DNA of 64,000 nt from Octopus vulgaris (lineage: Eukaryota): assembly GCA_951406725.2 (NCBI GenBank), contig OX597815.1, positions 111,848,001-111,912,000 of the forward strand, written 5' to 3'. Of the stretch, positions 51,408 through 64,000 are shown in pieces (position 1 is the stretch's first letter; the number at the start of each line of letters is the position of its first letter). The position numbers and the translations under genes were made by a program. Under the pieces are notes generated by a model, which made no database searches, was not told the DNA's origin, and saw only the letters and a list, made by a program, of their open reading frames with translations.

Positions 51408-53449
51408 CCTGACATCGTTTGAGAGAGACCCATATGGTTTCATTGAACATCTCCTTAGACAGAACGAATGTTGGGTTCATCAGTTTGAGCCAGAGACCAA
51501 GTGAGAATATATGCAGTGGAAACACCACTATTCACCTGCTCCAAGGAAGGCCAAGGTCATTTCCTCTGCAAAGAAGATTATGGTCTCAGTTTTTGGGCAT
51601 GCGCATGGTGTTGTGTGTATTGATTATATTCAAAAGGGTCACGCCATCAATGGAGAATACTATAACAATTGGCTGAGGCAGTTACGAAAGAGTGTCAAAA
51701 ACAAATGCCCAGGGAACGTACCGTCAGGACAGTGCTACTGTACGTGACTATGGCTTTGAAATGGTTAATCACACACCGTATTCTCTTGCTACATATTACT
51801 ACCATCCGATCTGCAGCATGAAAAATTACTTGGTTGTGAAGCTATTTTGCGGTGATGATGACATAAAATTAGTTGTTGACGACATTTTTGATCAGCAGGA
51901 TGAAAGTTTCTTCATCAACGGAATACAAGCACTGTAACACCGATGGAAAAAATATGTGGACCGCAAAGGGGAGTATGTTCAAAAATAAGATGACCTTAGT
52001 TACACTATGAAGGTTGCATCTAATTTTCGTATTCATACTCTGATTCTGATTTTGCAATGCTGATAATGACGCAAATTTAAACTGATCCTTGAGAACTAAT
52101 CGAAATTTGCTTGCATGTTGGACTGATCTTGCGCAAACAATCCACGATCCTATGAAGAGTGCTGATCAAAGACACTTATAGAATTAAATTTGATTTTTGC
52201 GATGCACTGAAAATATCAGAATGACGAATTCTAGAATGCTGAAAGTAATATTCTGTCCATAGTTTGTAATAGATTGTTTGGAAACCATGTAAAAGATTCA
52301 AATATTGTCTGAATTTAATTTGGAATGATCACCAGAAAATCTTGAAGGTTTTCACGGTAAGAAGGTCATCGCCAGAGGCTCCAAGTCTTTTGAAACTACT
52401 AATCAGTTGCACAGTGTTAGTTTTCTCAGAAGAGAGTCTCTATGTGCGTGTGAGTGTGTGAGTGTGTGAATATGTATATGTGTGTGTGTGAATGTATAGA
52501 CGAAGAATGTGGTGTTTTCGGATAAATATAAATCTATGATAGATGTATCGCCTGAGTAGCAATGAAAATCTGTTGTCTCTTTCGGTGCCAGTAGTGCAGT
52601 GAACTAAAAGAGATCTTCGACAATGATTTTGTGATATGTGATCGAGATTTGTCAGCATTTTCTAGCAAATCGAGGGACTAATTAGAATAATATTTCTTAA
52701 CAAAAGAGGTAAAGTAACCGTATGTGAAAACATTGTAACTAATCCTAATAAGCCAATCTGAAAAATGTTCTCTTTGCTTAAAAGTTTCATATTGTTTTGT
52801 CCATTTCATCAAATGTCAGCAGAAGATGTGATTAGGTTTAAACAATAATAAAGTAACTACTAATTTTATTTATTAGCGAAAGAATTAATTTACCGTCTAA
52901 AATTATTTATATCTTGTTTAAGGAATTTGATAACAGCTGTTCATAAAGAAAGTGTCCTGCAAATGATGTTTCGAGTACATATTGAAAGATCAAACAAAAC
53001 TGTTTTTTCGTCATTGTACAGTAAATGCAAAAAATGAATATGCAATCGTAAACCAATGAGTAGTAAATTAGTTTATGTTATTACATTCTAGACTGAAATT
53101 ATTTCCCTTAATATACATGGCTAAATAGATATCCTATCTATGGCCAGATAAACTACACATAACACGAAGTAAATAACAACTACAATTTTCTCAGTTTCTT
53201 TTTTGTTTGCTTTTCTATTTTCTTCTATGGTGCAGATAATCATCCTCAGAAATGTTATTTTATCTCTGCAGGTATAGGTTTATCTATTTCTATGTAGTAG
53301 TAAATATCAATTTTTTTTTTACCTGTGTTCGAGAATGTTATTTAACAGACAGTACAAGCTTCATTCCCATTTCCTCAATATCAGCATGCATAGGCAACGT
53401 CTTGTTATCATTTGCGATATATTTTCTGAGAAACGAACAATTATTAAAA

Positions 53450-53464
53450 TGATAGATCGATAAA

Positions 53465-53496
<32 letters not shown>

Positions 53497-53585
53497 TAGC
53501 CAGAGAGATAGACATACAAAGAGACAGATAGAAAGTCAGAGAGTAGAAGGAAGGACATACATACAGACAGACTGACAGGACGAAC

Positions 53586-53638
<53 letters not shown>

Positions 53639-53712
53639 CAGACAGACAGACAGACAGATAGATAGATAGATAGATAGATAGACAGACAGATAGATGGGCA
53701 GACAGATAGATA
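53450..53712. repeat. (GATA)n/(GACA)n/(GA)n compound microsatellite
   Basis: Direct reading. Confidence 0.93.
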
Positions 53713-54864
53713 TCTTAAATAGATATCAACTTAAGATAAATATCAGCTTAAATTAAGAGTTACCTTATCGCCTGCTTTCTTACAGAGTGGATAATATAAT
53801 ATCCCATCTATGAAACCGCATACAATAATAATCGGATTCCTGAGGGACACAAAATACATTTTGTCTCTATCCTAACCGAGAATAACCACTCTTTTCATGG
53901 TTACAATCTTAAGCAGCATTCGACGGTCATATTTTAAAGAAAACAATGAGGTGCAGCTTCCTTTTCTTAGCTTTAAGCTGCAGAGGCAAAGAATATATTT
54001 TGTAACAAATACTGATTATCTATCGTCGTAGAAAAATAAATTTAATGATCTTAGTATTGTAGATCTACAAAGTATATCATGCGTGACTGCATTACTTCCA
54101 AATGCACCTCAACAAAATTGGATTCTATGTTAGAAATACAATCTGGGAAGCATATTACATATTCGCACCCTAAACACCAATTTTCATGTACACCATTCCC
54201 TCAACTTCACAAAGCAAAAACATTTGAATCTTGACACCGCACAAAGAAACAAGAGAATCTCTGCGCAAAAACCCGCATTATTTTTTTGCTACTTAATATC
54301 ATACATGATTTATATATGCGAATAAGTACACATCGATAATTGCGTGCATGAGTAAATCGAATGGGATTGTAGGTGTTACAATATTTTCTGACTTGAATTA
54401 ATAGCGTTAGGAGAATTTTGCTTCACCATATGTTAGATCACGCATAATGACATAAGAATCTACATATGTGTACATTAATATATATAAAATCAAATACATA
54501 TGCATAACTATATATATGACGGCACATATGTGTGCATGGATGCATACATATATATGTGTATATATGTGTATATATAGATATATGCATATATGTTATATCA
54601 TTTATACATATATATATATGTATGTATGTGTGTATGTGCGAATGTGTTTTATGTATGCATGCATATACTTATACATTCTTAGATGTTTAGTCGATTTCCT
54701 CTGATGTAGTAGTACTGAAGTTAGCCTTATTGTATGTGATGTAATTAACTGATTATGTAAATAGAAATTTCTAAATGTTCTGCATATCTCACTTCTTGGA
54801 GAAATAGACCTCCTTTTCGAATACGTTCTATAGTTGTTGTAGTTGTTGTTATTATCAACATCAT

Positions 54865-54909
54865 CATTATTATTGTTATTATTAATATTATTATTATTAT
54901 TATTATTAT

Positions 54910-54988
<79 letters not shown>

Positions 54989-54990
54989 TG
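54865..54990. repeat. (TTA)n(TAG)n microsatellite
   Basis: Direct reading. Confidence 0.95.
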
Positions 54991-56832
54991 TTATAATTAT
55001 ATTGCATCAGTTATCTAAGATTTTTAATTATTTTCATGCAACAAGAGTTTGAGCCTGAAGATGCAGATTTAAACGTATTTACTTGAATTACTTTCATACT
55101 GTGTGAAAAAAAAATACACCGAAATATAAAATTCATATTTACATATTAGCCAGAATCACACCTGATTTCCTTACAGAGATGAATTTTGATCTATTTTATC
55201 AATCTTATCCTACTTAATATTATTTTTGTTCTGTATTTTCTTTTTTTTTAACTAGTTTTTCTTTATACGTCTAAATTTGACCAGAATTTTGTGTTTAAAT
55301 AAAGTATTAATTTATTAATGAAATATGGTGTAATTTCACTACGATTATTTTATATTGAATCTCCGCGTAATATTTATTAATTTTTAATAAGTGTTAAACG
55401 CCTGAGTGTTTGATCTATGTAGTCTCTTGGTTTCTGTCTACTATTTTACTTATTGATACCTAAACACCCGGGATAACGATCTTTAGAACTTTTGGGTGAG
55501 TTGTACTGGAAAACGTTGATTGATTGCTTAATTAAGATTAATACATATGCATCTTTGTTTTATCTAAGTTCGTTTTATTAGTCATTGATTTAAATGTTTA
55601 ATAAGCAATATAGTATATCATTATAACATTTTTTGCTTTTTATGTCTTTTAAACTCTAATTTAAGGATTATTTGTCCTTTTCATCTCATTTCAGTTTTAA
55701 GTGTCAATAATTTTGGATTAATTATATAATTGCATTGCGGGTAATCTGTATTATCTTCATTTCATGTTGCTCCAATTGTCAGTATAATTTTATTTCATGC
55801 TGCTCCCCTCTACACACGCACGCACACATGAAATTTCATGAACGGCCATAACAATGTCAATAGCACAACTAACATGTCAGCAGCAGCGGAGGTGCTAACG
55901 ATGGCAATAACAACAACAACAGCTACCACAAAGGCAACACCGTGGGCGAACACACATACACAGAGGAATACAGGAAGGATACTATATTGTCGTTTCGGGT
56001 CTTAAGACGGCAGCAGAAAAATGGGGTGAGAGGATGGGGCTGAGGTTAAGGCCACACTGCTGCTAAAAACTATGACACACGCACTAGCATACACATATAC
56101 ATACACACAAATGCGCGCACGCACACACAAAAACAAGGACACAAACGCATGTGCACATCGTAGAAGCGCAGAATGGAGTAAGTGGAGCAGGAACATACAC
56201 CAAAACGAAAAGTGCCACCAAAAAGGTCACAGATGTGTGACGAAAGATTTTCGGACAATGGACATGAGTTACAATAATAAAATAAAAGCAGTAATAAACG
56301 AATGAAGAAAATATATATATATATAGTGCGTGTTTTTATTTGGCAAGAGAAAATAAAATGACCATCCTGAAATATACTATATACATATACATATACACAT
56401 ATATACATACACACGTCCAGACCCCGCATACGCACTTATACTCTCTCTCACACACACACACACACCTATACATACCAATACGTACTAATACATACTAATA
56501 CATACTAATACATACACCAACCCCATACATACGCACGTCCAGACCAATCTTACGCACTAATACTCTCTCATACACACACACACACACACACACACCCTTA
56601 TACATACTAATACATACACCAACCCTATACATACACACATCCAGACCCCTCCCACGCACTTTTAGCTGGTCCCTCAACCCACTTATCAACCCTATTATCT
56701 CCCCTTATTTCGCTCTCGCGTCTCATGTTTGATCTTTGACCTCTGGCCGAAATCAGATCGCCATGTTGATTCGTTAGCTACTGCACGCATTTTTTTTCTC
56801 TCCTTCTTTCTGTGTTTTTCTCTCTCTGTGTA

Positions 56833-56870
56833 TCTTTCTGTTGAAGAGCGTAGGCTCGAAACGTTAAAGA
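56833..56870 (+). ncRNA. Hammerhead-like motif with A6U core variant
   Basis: TCTTT-CTGTTGA-A-GAGC-gtag-GCTC-GAAA-CG-TT-AAAGA; both stems perfect. Confidence 0.5.
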
Positions 56871-56967
56871 CTTGTTTTATTTATATTTCCTGAGCGCCAT
56901 ACTAATACAATTGTTCGTTTGTTTTCCACCTGCCTTCGTCTTTTGTTTATTTTCATAAAGCTTCCCG

Positions 56968-57068
<101 letters not shown>

Positions 57069-57151
57069 GGTCCCGGGTTGATTCGGGGTTAACCACAGTA
57101 AATAGGGTACTCAATACATAGCAGAGTAAAATTAATTTATTATATAGAAGG

Positions 57152-57202
57152 AGCTTCTACAGGACTAGAACTGTTTCATTCAAGAGAAATCTTCAGGAAG
57201 CT
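57152..57202 (-). ncRNA. Type I hammerhead with a stable stem III
   Basis: AGCTTC-CTGAAGA-TTTC-tctt-GAAT-GAA-ACAG-ttctagtc-CTGT-A-GAAGCT; 6-bp stem I, 4-bp stem III, GUA site. Confidence 0.8.
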
Positions 57203-57419
57203 AGTTAACAAGAATTGTATTGGCATTTATACATTTAGGCAGGTTTATAGGGGTGGTGGTGGGGGACTTTTGGGGGTAGGCATAGCGCAAAAAAATCATA
57301 CTTGGGGGAGTGGTCAAGGAGTCAGTGGTAAATTAGATAGAAGAATAAATAAACGAATAAAAAAAGAATAAAATACAAAAATATATAGAAGAATAGAGTT
57401 TTAGGTAAATAAGGAAATT

Positions 57420-57471
57420 CTCAACACACACACATATACATACACACATACATACACACACACCCATATAC

Positions 57472-57502
<31 letters not shown>

Positions 57503-57772
57503 TACATACATACATCTACATATATATATATATATATACATACATATATTTATACACATACATACATACATACACATATACATGCATATACATATACACA
57601 CACATGTATATATACACACACACACGACCACACATACACATACACACACAAAAATATATACATACACACACATACACATACATACATACACACACATATC
57701 CACATACACACATGCACACACAACACACAAGTCCCTATATACTCATATATACATATACACATATATGTATGT

Positions 57773-57831
<59 letters not shown>

Positions 57832-58357
57832 CATATGTGTACCTATTCACACACATATATGTACGTATACACACACACACATATACACATACATACACAC
57901 ACATACATACATATGTGTACCTATTCATACCTACACATACACACATATATACATACAATTACAAACCCATTCCCTAATTTTAATTTTATTATCTTCATTT
58001 ATTACTTTTGTTATCTTTGACCGCTGGTCACAAACATCTTGGCTAGTCCCTTTTATCTTTCTACTTGAGCACAAGCACTCACTCACGCACGCACACTCAT
58101 TAGCACGCACACACACTCTCATTCGTACACTCATACACATACACGCACGCACGCGTTATATTCATACATACATACATCTACATACATACACGTATATACA
58201 CATACGTACGCGTACCTACAGATTCATGTCTACAATCTTAGAAGACTAGTCTATACATATACACCAAATATATATACATACATACATATACACCTACATA
58301 CAAATACATACATACATATATATACACACATATATATATACATACACACATACACAT

Positions 58358-58398
<41 letters not shown>

Positions 58399-58591
58399 CA
58401 TATATATATACACATATATACATATATATACATACACATATACATACACATATCCGCATACATACATACATACATACATACACCCATACATACATACATA
58501 TATACACACATACACACACCCACACGTATACATATACATACCTATACGCGCATGCGTACACATACAAATACATACACATACACATATACAT

Positions 58592-58641
<50 letters not shown>

Positions 58642-58725
58642 ATACACATACATACATACATATACATATATACACACACACATACATACACATATACACA
58701 TACACTCACATACACATATACATGC

Positions 58726-58771
<46 letters not shown>

Positions 58772-58859
58772 GTATATATATATACACATACATACACACA
58801 TACACATACACACATACACATATGTACACATACACACACATATTCACATATATGTATAT

Positions 58860-58898
<39 letters not shown>

Positions 58899-59149
58899 TA
58901 TACACACACATATATACATACACACACATATATATACATACACACACATACATATATATATACATACACACACACACATATATATATATATATACCCACA
59001 CCTACACATACACACATATATATACATATATACATACATATACACACATACACACACACACACATATATGTACATACATACACATACACATACATATACA
59101 TATACATATACACATGCACATACGTATAACTCTACATACCCACATATAC

Positions 59150-59185
<36 letters not shown>
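57420..59185. repeat. ~1.8-kb degenerate (CA/TA)n low-complexity tract
   Basis: Direct reading; source of the long Y/I/H/T/C/V/M pseudo-ORFs. Confidence 0.95.
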
Positions 59186-59190
<5 letters not shown>

Positions 59191-59547
59191 AATGAGATAG
59201 GGGTTGAAAATTCAACCCACCATGGGATAATATATATCCAATATACTGCTAGATAGGTACCCAACAAAATTAATACATAGATGTTAAAAATTGTCAAACA
59301 ATCAGTTCATCTATTGTATTATATGGGTAAAGGTAATAATATTACCGTAAATTAATACTACAAAATTAGAGAATGGAGAAACATACTTAAATCAGTAAAA
59401 CATCAACTATCCGATGATACTCAATCTATACTTTAATACACCATTACATATGAGTAAAGGCAATATATAAAATGAAATGAGATATACAGTAATAGTAAAA
59501 AGATAAAGAGATATAAGTAAAAAATTTCAAATATAATATGCAAATAA

Positions 59548-59668
59548 ATCAAAACTGACAGCTGTTTCGGCAGTGAGGGCAGTCATACCTCATTTAACCT
59601 ATAAGCCATAAAGGCAGGTATAAATGAGGCATTAACAAGGATGCCCCACGGCCTCTTCAGAGAATTAA
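59548..59668 (-). ncRNA. Type I hammerhead with extended stem II
   Basis: 59556-59668 reads identical to 21941-22053. Confidence 0.8.
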
Positions 59669-60050
59669 ATTAAATTTATTATAATAGTGAAAAATATTAT
59701 ATAATCATATACATATAAATATAAAAATATAAAAATGTAAAATATAAAAACTTATACATCATAATGCTACACTTATATAATATAATACACATTTGTACAA
59801 AAAAGGAAGGTAAACAGAACAAAATAAAACAAAATATATAACAGTGTATATATTAATATTAATAAGTACCGATATTATACATATTTGGCTAATAGTTTTT
59901 TTTATAAAAAAAAGGCTAACACATATGGAGATGAAAAATAATAATTAAAACCATGGTACAGTTCATAAAATTCTAAAGCTATAAAAGTTAATAAAAATTA
60001 CTATTAATATTAATAATAATAATAATAATAGTAATAATAATAATAATAAC

Positions 60051-60089
<39 letters not shown>

Positions 60090-61740
60090 TAATAAAAATA
60101 GATACAGTTAAGTTAGCACCAAGTCCATCCTTTCAAGATCGAAATAACTATGAGTTAAGAAATGCTGACCACTAGGTAAAGAAAATTTAGATTAATTCGA
60201 TTGGCTATTGGTTTGAAATTTAAATCACAAAAGAAAATTATACGGTTGGTTAGTCAGGGAACGCCAATATTCACACACGCATCTACAGATCAATCGCACA
60301 TACACACATAGTTATATGTATATACATACACTTATACACATACATAATCACAAGCAACAACTAGCACTTAGATAAACAAAAAAGGGAAGCAACTATGCTA
60401 CCATTTAGTCCTTCAAAATTATAACTGTGCCTCAATAACAAAAAAAGAACCATCCATGCATTCCATAAAATATTTAATTTAGATATAAATATATTTTTAA
60501 ATATCAGTATGTTACTAAGTCAGATAATTATTTCATGGGTAACTTAAAATTTATAACACCGGTTTGTTGCAGAGTAAACATACGGTTGTTAGATTTATCG
60601 TAAGTTTGTTATGATTTTAAGTACGCTAAATTATAAAATATAAAATATAAAATATATATTAATTTAAATATTATAAATAAGTCACATATTAACTTAATAA
60701 ATATAGTGCCATAATATACCAGTTTAGGCATTAAAAAATAGAAGGGGAAGTACTAATGTAAACGCTTATGAGAACATCACAGAAATTTTAAATAAATTTT
60801 ATATTATAAAGACTTAAGATGAAAAGTGATAAAATAAATAAGAAGGAATAAATACGAAGGAATAAATACGGTTATACACATAATTATAAGTACAAACCAG
60901 TATATATGTATTCATATATTATTAAAATTAAATAAAAATAAATGATAGATATGTATGTATAAAACTACCCCAGTATAAGTAAATAAGTAAAAAAATAAAT
61001 AGGTAACAAATTAGATGACTTGATATGTATGTAAACATCTACACTAAATAGGCAAATAAATAAATAAATAGAAGACTAGATGCAAAGATTGATAACATTA
61101 CAATAAAATGGAAAATAAATAAAAAATAAATAAAGTGAATATATATGTTATATTGTTGAAAGTAAATATGTATGGAAGGATAGTTTAAAGTACAGATCCA
61201 GAGGACTATAGATATAAAACTAAATATATAAGGCTGGTAATAATTATAAAGCAAAATGCATGTAAATGAGAAAATGAAAAAATGAAAAAGGTTTATCAGT
61301 GAATAGCATAAGATACAAATTAAGGTGAGTACAAAAAAGACCAAATATACAATAAAAACCTTCCAAATAAACACATACAAAAAACCTATAATCTCAACCT
61401 AAACCCACCAAACTCACAAATGGCTATAGCTTTAGAATTTTATGAACTGTACCATGGTTTTAATTATTATTTTTCATCTCCATATGTGTTAGCCTTTTTT
61501 TTATAAAAAAAACTATTAGCCAAATATGTATAATATCGGTACTTATTAATATTAATATATACACTGTTATATATTTTGTTTTATTTTGTTCTGTTTACCT
61601 TCCTTTTTTGTACAAATGTGTATTATATTATATAAGTGTAGCATTATGATGTATAAGTTTTTATATTTTACATTTTTATATTTTTATATTTATATGTATA
61701 TGATTATATAATATTTTTCACTATTATAATATAATAAATT

Positions 61741-61860
61741 TAATTCTCTGAAGAGGCCGTGGGGCATCCTTGTTAATGCCTCATTTATACCTGCCTTTAT
61801 GGCTTATAGGTTAAATGAGGTATGACTGCCCTCACTGCCGAAACAGCTGTCAGTTTTGAT
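61741..61860 (+). ncRNA. Type I hammerhead with extended stem II
   Basis: CTGAAGA at 61748; stem II pairs GGC/GCC, GTG/CAC, GGGCA/TGCCC and TGCCTCATTTA/TAAATGAGGTA; GAAACAGCTGTC ends at 61851. Confidence 0.82.
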
Positions 61861-62052
61861 TTATTTGCATATTATATTTGAAATTTTTTACTTATATCTC
61901 TTTATCTTTTTACTATTACTGTATATCTCATTTCATTTTATATATTGCCTTTACTCATATGTAATGGTGTATTAAAGTATAGATTGAGTATCATCGGATA
62001 GTTGATGTTTTACTGATTTAAGTATGTTTCTCCATTCTCTAATTTTGTAGTG

Positions 62053-62091
<39 letters not shown>

Positions 62092-63305
62092 CACATACAT
62101 TAGGTGAGGTAACATATCTTTCCGATCCGTTGCCAAAATAAATTTGTCTGTAAATAAATGCGAGAATAAGGTTCTTCTTCTTCAATATTCACTTTTGCAA
62201 TATTTCACTGGTCTGAACACTGACAATAAGGTACTGCGGATTTCTTTGCTTAAGTCCAAAATTTGCTCAAACATTACGAACAAAATCCTCTTCTAATTAA
62301 TTCATTTATTGCGGGAAAACTTCTACAACAATCAAAGACGTCTAATCCCCTTATCATTACCAAACTCATCGTTTATCACTTTCATTTCCCCTACCACCTT
62401 TCTATTCATCCGCTCCTAATTAATTTCCTCTGTGTCTCAATTGACCATTTCCTCACATGATTTTTCCCCAAGTCTTAACTGATATAAAGTTATGCGTTTC
62501 AAATTCGACTACTTGTTAATAACAATTGCGTTTGAATGATACTCCTAATTATCAGTCTTATACACAAAGATAATTTTTTCTCATTTCATAAAATAAAACA
62601 CTCTGATCAACTCTCAAATAGTTTGATCAAGTTTTACGCCCATTTGAACACAAAGTTTTAATTATCAGTATATATATTTAAGATATTTATAAGAACATAC
62701 AATTGAAAACACATAAATAACTTCATATATTTTAATCTTATAATTAATTTCATATAATTTAATGCCCTCAACAGCACACAAGCTCTTTGCGTATAGCAAC
62801 AAACTTATCAAAATAATAATAATTGGTTTAAGGAAATTTGTCCATTACATTTTCAATTATATGTTGGTTTTATATATTTTATTGGCAATCATTAGCACAT
62901 GCAATAATTTTAAATACTACAGTAGAATGGGTGAAAATTATCTGTAATAATTATCTCGATGAATTGTGCACAACCGGATTTGAATAATCAACCGTGCAAT
63001 TTGCAATTTTACCAATTTTAGTTTCTTACGATTTATTCAAATACGTTCATTTCTAATACTTATAATATAAAAACAATATGGATTTATGTACATACAGTCA
63101 AATAAGGATAATAAAAGCTATTTTTGTAATTATTATTTTGTTCATTTTTACTTATTTGTTAATATCTATTTTATTTAATTCAACATTAAATATTACAGTG
63201 TACTTAACAGCATCAAGAGTATATCAGCATGAATTTAAATTACGAGTAAAATTCATCTTAAGATTTCTCTGAAATATATGTCATATAAGAACATAAACAC
63301 TTAAA

Positions 63306-63368
63306 CGTGTCTTCAGGAAAATTCGAACCTGGTTTCTCATTCTTAAGGTGTTTTCGATGCAATTGTTA

Positions 63369-63401
<33 letters not shown>

Positions 63402-63540
63402 CTGTCATCGCTTGGAATCGAACTCGGAATCTTAAGGTTATTAGCCCGCACTTTAAACACTACGCCATATACCCTTGGGAAATTGTGGAGTGAATTTTAA
63501 GATTATAAATCTAATATATTCCTAACCTTCCTTAATTCCC
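63306..63540 (-). mobile_element. Inverted partial pLTR: tRNA-like head (63401-63473) + (AAT)n, truncated just before the HHR core
   Basis: Minus strand reads GGTATATGGCGTAGTGTTTAAAGTGCGGGCTAATAACCTTAAGATTCCGAGTTCGATTCC (A and B boxes), then (AAT)n and CATCGAAAA...GGTTCGAA. Confidence 0.78.
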
Positions 63541-64000
63541 ACCATCCATACAGTGTAAAGAGAGGGTTTGCTCAGTACCTAAAATATCGAGCAAAGAATA
63601 TAAGTAACGATCGTGATACCCACCACGAAGAAAGCATCAAGTTAAGTAACAATCTATTAATTAACAACTTCCCTCAAAACATACTATCCTCTCACATTAT
63701 GAAGTAAAGAGTGGATAAAACCAATAAACTGTCCACGGTCTCTCTACATTATGTGAAAGGCTTCTCCGAAAAGATACAAAAGATATGCGGCTCATATTGC
63801 ATCAGGACAGTGCTCAAGAGTAATACAACACTTCGCAAATATCTCCTTCGAGTAAAACCACCAATAGAGGAAAATATGATAAAAGACTGCGTGTACTCCA
63901 TCACATGCCGCTGTGTTAGGTTACGCAAAGGCGACACATGCTGCTCCCTCAAAATAAGGGTGGACGAATATCGCAAATCTGTGACACGAGAAGATATTGA
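63541..64000 (+). mobile_element. PLE fragment of the 36229-38065 family (runs off the window)
   Basis: Colinear with ~37478-37912; contains VYSITCRC...KGDT...LKIRVDEYRK. Confidence 0.88.

Larger units (their letters stand above)
47270..52029 (+). mobile_element. Mariner split into 47270-47828 and 51404-52029 by a 3.6-kb insertion
   Basis: Left half: WYRGVIKYLHTKG, MINERRLT. Right half: QWKHHYSPAPRKAK..SAKKIMVSVF, HTPYS, GIQAL. AAAACCTGACAT is duplicated at both junctions. Confidence 0.85.
59357..62051. mobile_element. 2.7-kb non-coding fold-back element with ~627-bp inverted arms (59357-59983 / 61425-62051)
   Basis: Arms nearly identical by eye; AT-rich spacer with no recognisable ORF; one hammerhead per arm. 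Confidence 0.92.

Noticed and set aside
55050-55085. CTGAAGATGC motif
   Set aside because: No stem II partner or GAAA.
57333-59297. Long ORFs (up to 251 aa) rich in Y/I/C/V/M/H/T
   Set aside because: Translations of (CA/TA)n repeats, which lack stops in several frames.

Overview
This is AT-rich, microsatellite-dense animal DNA. The SINE and repeat repertoire suggests a coleoid cephalopod, probably Octopus (inference). I can support no host protein-coding exon; nearly all short ORFs in the track are translated microsatellites. The window is a transposon graveyard. It holds remnants of several Penelope-like elements (PLEs; RT and GIY-YIG), two pieces of an APE/RT LINE, restriction-like-endonuclease (R4/Dong-type) LINEs sitting in microsatellites, tRNA-derived SINEs, and mariner/Tc1, Tigger, hAT and Merlin DNA transposons. 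The main hidden signal is RNA structure. About 9 well-formed and about 10 degenerate type I hammerhead ribozyme (HHR) motifs, from roughly eight unrelated sequence families, lie on both strands, mostly in PLE pseudo-LTRs or non-coding fold-back units. Standouts: (i) a recurrent tRNA-like Pol III head + (AAT)n + hammerhead cassette; (ii) a 2.7-kb non-coding fold-back element with identical long-stem-II hammerheads on both strands, plus a third identical ribozyme 38 kb away; (iii) a ~2.2-kb inverted duplication whose ~370-bp non-coding, YY1-motif core is almost invariant while its transposon flanks have decayed; (iv) a nested mariner > HHR cassette > tandem Dong-like LINE array. All alignments and folds were done by eye.
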